Shown one piece after another: positions 8,025 through 16,413 of a stretch of 64,000 nucleotides of DNA (position 1 is its first letter; the number at the start of each line of letters is the position of its first letter). Position numbers and translations under genes: made by a program. The stretch covers positions 416,001 to 480,000 of the forward strand of contig CBDCTZ010000014.1 in assembly GCA_965222375.1 (NCBI GenBank), in the 5' to 3' direction. The notes below the pieces were generated by a model. It saw only the letters and a list, made by a program, of their open reading frames with translations, was not told the DNA's origin and ran no database searches. This DNA is from Polyangiaceae bacterium. Lineage in GTDB: Bacteria; Myxococcota_A; Polyangia; Polyangiales; Polyangiaceae.

Positions 8025-10364
8025 ATGAACAACTCGCTTGTCCGGGGGGACGTTCGCATTGGGTTGCGCCTCCCGCGCGGGATCGAGCTGTTGGAACGCG
8101 TCGGCGAGGGCGCCATGGCCCAGGTCTATCGGGCTATCCAGCGCCCCCTCGGAAGAAACGTTGCTGTCAAGGTCATTGCTTCCGACAGCGAAAACGCGGC
8201 CGCTATGAGTGAGCGCGTTCTGCGCGAAGCCAGCGTTGCCTCCACTTTGAATCACCCGAACAGCATCGATATCTACGACTACGGCAAGACGGAAGACGGA
8301 TTGACCTATCTCGTCATGGAATTCCTCCGCGGGAAAGATCTCGCAACCCTCTTGTCGACCCATGGCCCGCTCGGGGTCGAACGAGCAGTGCATCTCATGC
8401 TTCAAGTCTTGTCCGCCCTGGACGAAGCCCATTCCCTTGGGATCGTGCACCGGGACGTGAAGCCCGAGAACGTATTTGTCGAACAGCGCAGGCGTCTGGG
8501 AGACTTCGTCAAGTTGGTGGACTTCGGGTTGGCGAAGTACATCAAGTCCAAGGGTCAACAGATCACTGAGCCCAACCTGGTGAGTGGGACGCCCGAGTAC
8601 ATGGCGCCGGAGCAGGCTCGGGGCGACGCTGTCGACGGGCGGGCCGACTTGTATTGCGTCGCTGTCATCCTGTTCGAAATGCTCGGCGGCAAGCGTCCCT
8701 TCGAAGGCGAGTCGCCGATGGACGTGATGCTGATGCAAATCGGCAGGCCCGCGCCACGTTTGGACACGTCCGGTGATCTGGGCATTCCTCCTGCTCTCGT
8801 GGACATCGTCCAGGGGGGCATGGAGAAGCGGCCCGAGAACCGCTTCCAATCCGCCCGGGAGATGGCACTGGCATTAGAGCAAGTGCTCGAAGAGCGTCGA
8901 TCGGTTCTCCCGGTCAAGCGGGTCTGCCGGGCCTGCGGCGCCCAGGAGCTCCAAGGCCGATTCTGTGGCGTTTGCGGAGCTGCCTCCACGCCGGCCTCGG
9001 CCCCGAACGCGACGACTCGCCGCGCGGTGCCTGCCTTGGTGGGGCGCAATGCGGAGCGGGAGTGGGTGCGTGCTCCCCGGCGGAGCGCGATGGAGGGGCA
9101 GTTCGTGGCCGTGGAGCTCTTGGGTCGACCCGGTGTCGGAAAGACTGCGCTACTGGAAGCCATTGCCGAGGAGTTCCGCAACCTGGGCGACTACGTCGTG
9201 ATGAGTGGTCCGGACGAGTTCGGTGGACTCGTTTCCGGGAGCGGCTTTCGACAGATCATCTCGGCCCTTTCGGACGGAGTGGCGCCCCAAGACCTCGCCA
9301 CTTCAGATGCAGCCCGGTCCAACGCGCTGCGCAAGGCAATGGGGCTCAACGCTCAGGGGCTCGAGGGTGGCTGCGTGGTGGTCATCGTCGATGACGTGGA
9401 TGAGATCGACGCGTTGACCCGTCGTGCGCTTCAGGACGTGGTGGATGCTCCGCCAGAGGGTGGCCTGCTGCTGCTCGTCGCGGCCAAGAACCGCACTCTT
9501 CGCTTGCCGGGCCGCGTCCAGGTCAAAGAAATCGCTCCTCTCAGCAATGAGTGGGCACGCCAACTCGTTTCGGCGGAAGCGCTCGCTATGTGGCCGGAGT
9601 CGAGCAGTTTCACGCCTCTCGCACTCAAGCACCTCGACGGCTATACCTCTGAAGGGGGCGACAATGCGCCGACGTCATTGCCCGAGTTGATCGCGCAGCG
9701 CATCACCCGTACGGACCCGGCGGCGAAGCGCTTGCTTCAGCTGCTTGCCACCGCGCGCCGCCCGATACCCCTGGCGCAGCTGACAGAGCAAAACGAACCC
9801 GATGCCGCCAGCGCGTTCGAACGCCTGGAGCGCCGGGGTCTGGTGCGCTCGGGCAAGGACGGCATGTTCATTCCGCACCGCTTGATGGAGGAGGTCGTGC
9901 GTAGTGCCGTGCCTGTCGGCATGCGCCGCGCCGTCGAGGCGAGAGTGCTCGAAGTCCTGACGGAGCTTGGCGCCCCCTTAGACGCACGCGCCTGGGCTGC
10001 GCGTCGAGCAGAGGCCGTCGTCCTCGGGATTCTGCTGCTAGAGCAGGTGGCTGTCCGCTCCGACCGCTGGGGCGATCCCGCTCTGGCCGCCGAGGCGTAC
10101 CAAGGGATCACCGAGCTGTGTCGTGCGGATGTTGGCCGAGGCGAATTGGACGACCCGCTCGCGATGGAGGCCCGCTACGTACTGCGCTGGGCCGGCGCTT
10201 TGCGCGCGCTCTCCCGAAACAGTGAAGCCAACGCGGTGCTGGCGGAAACCACCGCCCGCCTACCCCCCCACAAGGCCCGCGCGCTGCGACAGGCCCTGGG
10301 CAATAGCGTCACGGAGCCGGCACTGCCCCGGGGTATGCGTCCGGCTCAGAGATCGAACGCGTAG
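8025..10364 (+). CDS. Ser/Thr kinase + zinc ribbon + P-loop (AAA/STAND-like) protein
   Basis: HRDVKPEN, DFGLA, GTPEYMAPE; CRACG...FCGVCG; GRPGVGKT; VVIVDD. Start moved to ATG 8025. Confidence 0.88.
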   Translation: MNNSLVRGDVRIGLRLPRGIELLERVGEGAMAQVYRAIQRPLGRNVAVKVIASDSENAAAMSERVLREASVASTLNHPNSIDIYDYGKTEDGLTYLVMEFLRGKDLATLLSTHGPLGVERAVHLMLQVLSALDEAHSLGIVHRDVKPENVFVEQRRRLGDFVKLVDFGLAKYIKSKGQQITEPNLVSGTPEYMAPEQARGDAVDGRADLYCVAVILFEMLGGKRPFEGESPMDVMLMQIGRPAPRLDTSGDLGIPPALVDIVQGGMEKRPENRFQSAREMALALEQVLEERRSVLPVKRVCRACGAQELQGRFCGVCGAASTPASAPNATTRRAVPALVGRNAEREWVRAPRRSAMEGQFVAVELLGRPGVGKTALLEAIAEEFRNLGDYVVMSGPDEFGGLVSGSGFRQIISALSDGVAPQDLATSDAARSNALRKAMGLNAQGLEGGCVVVIVDDVDEIDALTRRALQDVVDAPPEGGLLLLVAAKNRTLRLPGRVQVKEIAPLSNEWARQLVSAEALAMWPESSSFTPLALKHLDGYTSEGGDNAPTSLPELIAQRITRTDPAAKRLLQLLATARRPIPLAQLTEQNEPDAASAFERLERRGLVRSGKDGMFIPHRLMEEVVRSAVPVGMRRAVEARVLEVLTELGAPLDARAWAARRAEAVVLGILLLEQVAVRSDRWGDPALAAEAYQGITELCRADVGRGELDDPLAMEARYVLRWAGALRALSRNSEANAVLAETTARLPPHKARALRQALGNSVTEPALPRGMRPAQRSNA

Positions 10365-11062
10365 CGAAGTGAAGCACCGGCAATGACCGCGAGAGCCACC
10401 TCGTTGCTGCGATCCCGGTGCAGGCCCTCATCGTAGCTGCGCACGCCGCCGTGAACGGCTAGCGCGAGGTGCGGGCTGACTTGATACCACTCCAGCCCCA
10501 GAGCGCCGCCGTAGTACAGGTTCAGCGCGTCGGCTTTGGCGTAGCCGTAAACGAAGAGCACGTCTTCGCTGACCTCTGCCACTCCAGCGCTGCCTTGAAC
10601 GTAGACGCCCAACCAATCCGTCGGGCGCACGGTGAAGCGCAGCCCGCCGCCGAACCCGTATAGGGCGTACCCGCGCGGATCCGGTGGGCGTGTGGCGTAG
10701 GACGTGGTGGCGAACGCTACGTCTGCTTCACCGAAGAGCATGAGCCATTTCAAAGGCTCGAAGCCCAGCCTGAAGCTGAACCATGGGGCCGTCGGCGAGA
10801 CGTTCTTCAGTGGCCCGACGTGCCCGAGGGCGCCAACACTGGATTCCAGGACGATTCCGCTGGATCGCGGGGGTGGGGGCGGTGCTTCGGGCTGTTCTTC
10901 GACGGTGCCGATGTCTCGACTGCCGGGAACCGCGCGAGCGTCGAGCCAGGCCTCGATCTCAGCCTGAGTCATTTTGCGGGTTTCGTCGTCCTCGTCTGCG
11001 GACGCCAGAGGCGAAGTCAGCACCACGGCGAGCAGGACGCTTGGTGCTGCTGTCCCGCGCAT
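10346..11062 (-). CDS. Exported hypothetical protein, probable outer-membrane beta-barrel
   Basis: Signal peptide, alternating beta-strand pattern, C-terminal LRYAF(DL). Start uncertain. Confidence 0.65.
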   Translation of the reverse strand: MRGTAAPSVLLAVVLTSPLASADEDDETRKMTQAEIEAWLDARAVPGSRDIGTVEEQPEAPPPPPRSSGIVLESSVGALGHVGPLKNVSPTAPWFSFRLGFEPLKWLMLFGEADVAFATTSYATRPPDPRGYALYGFGGGLRFTVRPTDWLGVYVQGSAGVAEVSEDVLFVYGYAKADALNLYYGGALGLEWYQVSPHLALAVHGGVRSYDEGLHRDRSNEVALAVIAGASLRYAFDL

Positions 11063-11093
11063 GGCCTGTCCAATCCTCATCGCCCGGCCGAGT

Positions 11094-11648
11094 CTAGCCC
11101 ATGAAGTCCGTGCGAGAAAACAGCGCAATCAAAGGCAGTTTTGCCTGCTCGATGGCCTCCCGGCCGCCTTCTAACCGATCGACGAGGGCCAAGATCCCCA
11201 CCACCTGCACTTTGGCATCCGCCAGCGCTTGCACCGCCTTGAGGCTCGAACCGCCCGTCGTGATCACATCTTCCAGCAACACGACCGGCGCGTCATCCGC
11301 AACCGCCTTGTCGCCCTCCACGAGCTTGGCGCTGCCGTGGTCTTTTCGCTCCTTGCGCACGTACAGCGCTGGCAAGGGGCGGCCCCGCTGATGGCTGATG
11401 AGGGAGACGGCGCTCGCCAGAGGACAGCCACCCAGAGCAACGCCCGCCACCGCTTTGTGGCTCGGCAGCTGTTCGAGAGTGTCGAACATCACTTCGCCCA
11501 CCAGGGCGTGCCCCTCTGCCGTGAGGATCGTCTGCTTGCAATCGATGAAGAAGTCGCTCTCCCGGCCCGAGGCCAGAATTACTCGCTTCCGCTCAAAGCT
11601 CCGCTCGCGCAAGAGTGCGAGCAGCCGGTCTCGAGTTGGCGAACTCAC
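11094..11648 (-). CDS. pyrE: Orotate phosphoribosyltransferase
   Basis: LASGRESDFFIDCK, RKERKDHG and PRPP loop VVLLEDVITTGGS. Confidence 0.95.
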   Translation of the reverse strand: MSSPTRDRLLALLRERSFERKRVILASGRESDFFIDCKQTILTAEGHALVGEVMFDTLEQLPSHKAVAGVALGGCPLASAVSLISHQRGRPLPALYVRKERKDHGSAKLVEGDKAVADDAPVVLLEDVITTGGSSLKAVQALADAKVQVVGILALVDRLEGGREAIEQAKLPLIALFSRTDFMG

Positions 11649-12220
11649 GCCCGCTTGGCTCGCTTTTTTCTGCCGCGCACTCCCTTGCCCAGCGCGGGCA
11701 CGACAGGTGCCGGCGGTCCGTCCCCGCGCTTTCGAGCGTTGGACTTCTTTTCCTTCGGCGCCGGCTTGCTGGCAGCAGCTTCCGCTTTCTCCTCCGTCTG
11801 CGCAACAGCAGCCGGGGCTCGTTCCGCGGGTGCACGCTCCGGTACCCGACGGGAAAGCCCCACCTGGGCGCGGCGTGGCGCTGGTGCCTCGCCCTCGGTC
11901 TTCACGTGACCACGCACCAAGGCGCCTTCGGCCACCCCGATCCGCGGCGCGACCAAATCGCCGACCACTCGAGCCCCGCGCTCCAAGAGCACGGCTTCCG
12001 TGCCGTTTAGATCTCCGGACACCTTGCCGGCGATGACCAACTGAGCGCCGTTGATGTTTCCCTCTACGCCGGCGCCTTCACCGACGGCGACGTCGCCATC
12101 GACTTCCACGTCTCCCTCGACGTGACCGCGGATTTCAATAGATCCGCGCCCGCGCACGTTCCCCCGGATCACAGTTCCCTCGCCGACTGTCGATGTTGCA
12201 GATGCCATGCTCTTCCTCAC
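11645..12220 (-). CDS. bacP: Bactofilin with long basic C-terminal extension (BacP-like)
   Basis: Bactofilin beta-helix (STVGEGTVIRGNV...GARVVGDL...GALVRG) plus an Ala/Pro/Lys-rich tail. Third of three tandem bactofilins. Confidence 0.8.
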   Translation of the reverse strand: MRKSMASATSTVGEGTVIRGNVRGRGSIEIRGHVEGDVEVDGDVAVGEGAGVEGNINGAQLVIAGKVSGDLNGTEAVLLERGARVVGDLVAPRIGVAEGALVRGHVKTEGEAPAPRRAQVGLSRRVPERAPAERAPAAVAQTEEKAEAAASKPAPKEKKSNARKRGDGPPAPVVPALGKGVRGRKKRAKRA

Positions 12221-12531
12221 ACGTCCATGTCGACGCTGCCCTTGAAGGACGCGCCATCGGCAATCGTGAGTCGAGAGGCCTTGACGTCTCCGAGGAGCCG
12301 ACCACCGGACTGGATGTCGACTCGATCCTGAGCCGTCGCGTTACCAGTGACCTGCCCCGCAATCGTCAGGGAGCTGCCGGTGACGTCGGCTTCTATGACG
12401 CCGCTCTGGCTGACCTGCACGGGTCCAGAAGTGGACAAGGTTCCCCGGACGGTTCCGTGGATCACGAACTCCTCTTCTCCACTGACCTCGCCTTCGATGG
12501 TGAGGCCCTCTCCAATCACAGTGCTAGCCAT
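12217..12531 (-). CDS. Bactofilin (polymer-forming cytoskeletal protein)
   Basis: TVIGEGLTIEGEV...GRLLGDVKASRLTIADGASFKGSVDM. Confidence 0.92.
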   Translation of the reverse strand: MASTVIGEGLTIEGEVSGEEEFVIHGTVRGTLSTSGPVQVSQSGVIEADVTGSSLTIAGQVTGNATAQDRVDIQSGGRLLGDVKASRLTIADGASFKGSVDMDV

Positions 12532-12551
12532 TTCGTCGCTCCTCAGTTGCT

Positions 12552-12914
12552 CTAGCGCCGCCGGGCGACAGAGCTGAAGTCGAGTGTAAATTCAGTGTCT
12601 AGACGCACGTCCACGCGTGAGCCAGCCTCGATGCTGACGCTCGAACCCACTAGGTCGCCCTTGATGGTGGCTCCGGAACGCACATGGATTGGGCCCGAGC
12701 ACTTGGCGTCGCCGGCAAGCGCCCCCGCGATTTCCAAGCTCTCAGCGGCGACGTCGCCCTCCACGCTGCTGCCCGCGGCCAGGTCCACCGGACCGGTCAC
12801 CGAAACGTCGCCGCTCACCTTGCCCTCGATGCGCAGAGACCCTTTGCCGCTGAGCCGCCCCGCGACCGTTGTGTTTGCGCCGAGCACGCTGGCGTCCGAG
12901 CTCATTCTTGCCAT
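12552..12914 (-). CDS. Bactofilin (polymer-forming cytoskeletal protein)
   Basis: SVLGANTTVAGRLSGKGSLRIEGKVSGDV...GATIKGDL. Confidence 0.88.
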   Translation of the reverse strand: MARMSSDASVLGANTTVAGRLSGKGSLRIEGKVSGDVSVTGPVDLAAGSSVEGDVAAESLEIAGALAGDAKCSGPIHVRSGATIKGDLVGSSVSIEAGSRVDVRLDTEFTLDFSSVARRR

Positions 12915-13007
12915 GACAATGCGGCGCGCACGCTAACCCGCCGGCCAGGATTCGGCAAGAACACACGCTCAGCCCATTTCCGCAACAGTTCCGGGACGTT
13001 TCGATCC

Positions 13008-13718
13008 TCAGGGCGCCGCGGGCGGCTTCAGCGCCGCCAGTACTTCGTCAGCTCGGGCCACGCTGCGGAAAAGCCCACGCGCGTACAGGAAGCGTTGCTC
13101 GGGCACCGCCAGATCTCCGCTGCGCCCGGCGGTTGCGGCACAAAGCAGGATTGCCGCCGAAACGCTGACGTTCAGGCTCTCGACGAATCCACGCATAGGG
13201 ACGCGTACACTCGACGATGCTGCGCCTTGCAGCTGATCACAGATGCCGTCGTGCTCGTTCCCCAATACGAGCGCGACCTTGTCGATCTCGCGCAATTGCT
13301 CCGGGACCAGGTTGCCCTCCGGGTGAGTCGCAACCAGCGTGAAGCCCTCGCCGCGTAAGGTTCGAATCGCGGTTTCGGGCTCCGGGTGCCTCACTACGTC
13401 GACCCAACGTTCTGTTCCCTTGGCCACGGTCCCCGAGACCGCGAATCCCTCGTCGCGAGGGATGACGTGTACCCACTGCACGCCGAACGCATCGGCGCTC
13501 CGTAACACCGCGGCCCCGTTGTGAGGGTCGTAGGGCGCATCCATCAGCACGGCGACGCTCGCCAAGCGCTGTTTCACCACGTTCTGAATGCGCTGCGCAC
13601 GCTCCCCGAGGACGACGGGCTCGAGGGCTTCAATCACCGCTTCTGCGGTCCAGCCCGAGGGCCAAGGCGCGCTGACCCCCGGCGTCGGAAAGAAGACGTC
13701 TTGGCTATCCCTGCGCAT
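13008..13718 (-). CDS. trmH: SpoU/TrmH-family RNA methyltransferase
   Basis: [38 protein letters not shown]. Confidence 0.85.
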   Translation of the reverse strand: MRRDSQDVFFPTPGVSAPWPSGWTAEAVIEALEPVVLGERAQRIQNVVKQRLASVAVLMDAPYDPHNGAAVLRSADAFGVQWVHVIPRDEGFAVSGTVAKGTERWVDVVRHPEPETAIRTLRGEGFTLVATHPEGNLVPEQLREIDKVALVLGNEHDGICDQLQGAASSSVRVPMRGFVESLNVSVSAAILLCAATAGRSGDLAVPEQRFLYARGLFRSVARADEVLAALKPPAAP

Positions 13719-14742
13719 CGGACAGAGATGCGAGGTCTTGCTTCACCGCCTGGGCGACGCTCCGGATTTCCTGCATCAGGCTGGCGAATACGTCGAAGGT
13801 CAGCGCCTGGGGGCCATCCGACAGCGCTTTGGCGGGCTCCGGGTGCACTTCGAGCATCAGCCCGTCAACCCCGGCTGCCGTGGCAGCTCTCGCCATTGGT
13901 CCGACTGCTTCCGCGATGCCCGTCGCATGGGACGGGTCGACTACTACCGGCAAGTGGGTGATGGCTCGGACCAGAGGCACGACGCCGAGATCGAGCGTGT
14001 TCCGGGTGAACGTCTCGAAAGTTCGAATACCCCGTTCACATAGGATCACTTGGTAGTTCCCCTGAGACACGATGTACTCGGCCGCCATGAGCCACTCCTT
14101 CACGGTGCTGGACATACCGCGCTTGAGCATCACCGGTTTACCCGAGCCTCCCACGGCCTCGAGTAGCGAGAAGTTCTGCATGTTGCGGGCTCCAATCTGG
14201 AGGATGTCCGCGTACTCACAAACCAAGCCCAGGGTCTCCGTGTCCTTGACCTCGGTGATGATCGGCATACCCGTTTCTTCGCGGGCCTCTGCCAGTAGCT
14301 GCAGCCCCTTTTCGCGCAGCCCCTGAAAGTCGTAGGGGCTTGTTCGCGGCTTGAAGGCGCCACCGCGCAGCAACGTCGCGCCGTGCTTTCTCACGTGGCG
14401 AGCAGTGGACAGAGTCTGCTCCCGGCTCTCGATGGAGCAGGGGCCCGCCATGATCGTGAGAGCCCCACCCCCAATGCGGGTGCTGCCCACCTCGATAACC
14501 GTGTCGTCAGGTTTGACCTCCCGACTGACCAACTTGTACGGCCGGCTGACGACCACCGCGTCCTGGACTCCGGGCATGCGGTTGAACAGTCCTGGATCGA
14601 GGGCGGACTTGTTGCCAGTGACGCCGATCGCGATCCGCACGGCGCCGGGTATCTCGTTCGCGGTGAACCCGAGTTCTCGAATCCGGTCCGAAACTGCTTC
14701 TATTTGCTCAGGAGTCGCGTCGGACCCCATTACGATCAACAT
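13705..14742 (-). CDS. aroF: 3-deoxy-7-phosphoheptulonate (DAHP) synthase, class I-beta with N-terminal regulatory domain
   Basis: [47 protein letters not shown]. Start at ATG 14742 (MLIVM). Confidence 0.95.
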   Translation of the reverse strand: MLIVMGSDATPEQIEAVSDRIRELGFTANEIPGAVRIAIGVTGNKSALDPGLFNRMPGVQDAVVVSRPYKLVSREVKPDDTVIEVGSTRIGGGALTIMAGPCSIESREQTLSTARHVRKHGATLLRGGAFKPRTSPYDFQGLREKGLQLLAEAREETGMPIITEVKDTETLGLVCEYADILQIGARNMQNFSLLEAVGGSGKPVMLKRGMSSTVKEWLMAAEYIVSQGNYQVILCERGIRTFETFTRNTLDLGVVPLVRAITHLPVVVDPSHATGIAEAVGPMARAATAAGVDGLMLEVHPEPAKALSDGPQALTFDVFASLMQEIRSVAQAVKQDLASLSDAQG

Positions 14743-14936
14743 GCCGACTCCTCCAAACGCCCCGCGGTCTAGCACGAATCGAGACCTGCTCTTGCTGGGA
14801 GGGCAGCCTCGAGCTTGGAAATGCCGCGGCATTTTTCGTGTATTTTCCCACGTTTCTGCTTGGCACGGGGCCCGTCCGCTTTGCGGAGCTCGCTTCGAGC
14901 ATTATGTTCCTCGCCTCCCCAATCCGAGAAGGTGTC

Positions 14937-15260
14937 ATGGCATCCGAAAAAGTTCACGTGTTCAACGACCTCAACTTCGACACTGAAGTCATCAAGAGCG
15001 ACAAGCCCGTGATCGTCGACTTCACCGCGACGTGGTGCGGCCCCTGCAAAGCGCTAGCGCCCATCGTCGATCAGTTGGCAGAGGAACTCGACGGCCAGGT
15101 GAAGGTCGGCAAGGTCGATGTCGATGACTCCCCTGTGACGGCCGGCAAGTACGGCGTGCGCGGCGTGCCGACGGTCATGATTTTCAAAGATGGTGAGCGC
15201 TCAGGCCAACACGTAGGCGTGACCACCAAAGCCAAGCTCAAGGAACTGGTCGGCGTCTGA
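14937..15260 (+). CDS. trxA: Thioredoxin
   Basis: WCGPC active site; RBS-like GAGAAGG before ATG 14937. Confidence 0.95.
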   Translation: MASEKVHVFNDLNFDTEVIKSDKPVIVDFTATWCGPCKALAPIVDQLAEELDGQVKVGKVDVDDSPVTAGKYGVRGVPTVMIFKDGERSGQHVGVTTKAKLKELVGV

Positions 15261-15273
15261 GCGCCGCGGAACG

Positions 15274-16401
15274 ATGAGGCGCCGAACGCGCTTCATTCTC
15301 ACCGCACACGCGCTGACAGCTCTCACTCATCTAGTGCCAGCGCTTGCGTTGGTGCACTGGGCTGGCCCCATGGGTGCAGCCGTCCCTGGTGCTTTGCTGT
15401 GGGGCGGCGTCGCGGCGAGGCTGCACCGTCTTGGCCACGATCGGCCAAAACCCGCGTGGGTCACGCGTTTGGTGGACGAGCCCGTGTTCGTCCACTGGGC
15501 AGCGTGTGTGTTTGCTTTGGTTTTCTGGCCTGTCGCGGTGGTGGCGCTGCTACTCCTGTCCGCACGCTCTTGGCCGCAAGCGGTCCTAGCCGCCGCAGCG
15601 CCTGCATATGGCATGGGGCTGCTGCTCGCCGCTTGGGGGACGTACGTCAATCGGCGGCGGGTGCGCATCCACCGGGTGGAGCTCAGTTTCACGGACCTAC
15701 CTGAAGCCTTCGACGGCTACCGCATCACTCAGGTCAGCGACCTTCACATCGGCAGCTACGACCGTCGAGCGCGAGGCATGAGCTGGGCAAGGCTCGCGAA
15801 TTCGCTGAACGCAGATCTCACCGTGGTCACAGGCGATCTGGTTACTGCCGGAACGGCTTTCTATTCGGATGCCGCCGCGGTGCTTGGGAAGCTACGCGCG
15901 CCGGACGGAGTCATGGCATCCATGGGTAACCACGACCAATGGAACAACGATGAACTCACCGCGTTGCTCCGAAAAAACGAGATCCGCGTCCTGAAGAACG
16001 AGTGGGTGACGATCTCGCGAGGTGACGAGAGTCTGATCATCGCTGGCTTGGACGACGCATTCACAGGCAAGGCAGACCTAGAGGCGACTCTGGCCGGCCG
16101 ACCCGCGGGCTTCACCGTGTTGCTGTCCCACTACCCGCGGTTTTTCAAGCAGGCGCGCGCCCTCGGCGTGGACCTGACCCTCTCTGGGCACACCCACGGC
16201 GGGCAGCTGGGGATCCCGTGGCTCGCGGATCGCTGGAACATCGCCACCTGGCTGGGACAGTGGCCCCGTGGCACCTTCGGTGCCGAGGGTGCCTTCCTCC
16301 ACGTGAACGCGGGCCTCGGCACGACCGGGCCGCCGCTGCGCGTTGGCGTTCGCCCGGAGATTTCTCTGATCACGCTGCGCCGAGCGTCTGAGGCCTGCTA
16401 G
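15274..16401 (+). CDS. Membrane-anchored metallophosphoesterase (YkuE-like)
   Basis: N-terminal TM helices; SDLH, GD, GNHD, SGHTHGGQ motifs. Confidence 0.88.
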   Translation: MRRRTRFILTAHALTALTHLVPALALVHWAGPMGAAVPGALLWGGVAARLHRLGHDRPKPAWVTRLVDEPVFVHWAACVFALVFWPVAVVALLLLSARSWPQAVLAAAAPAYGMGLLLAAWGTYVNRRRVRIHRVELSFTDLPEAFDGYRITQVSDLHIGSYDRRARGMSWARLANSLNADLTVVTGDLVTAGTAFYSDAAAVLGKLRAPDGVMASMGNHDQWNNDELTALLRKNEIRVLKNEWVTISRGDESLIIAGLDDAFTGKADLEATLAGRPAGFTVLLSHYPRFFKQARALGVDLTLSGHTHGGQLGIPWLADRWNIATWLGQWPRGTFGAEGAFLHVNAGLGTTGPPLRVGVRPEISLITLRRASEAC

Positions 16402-16413
16402 CATCGTGAGCGC

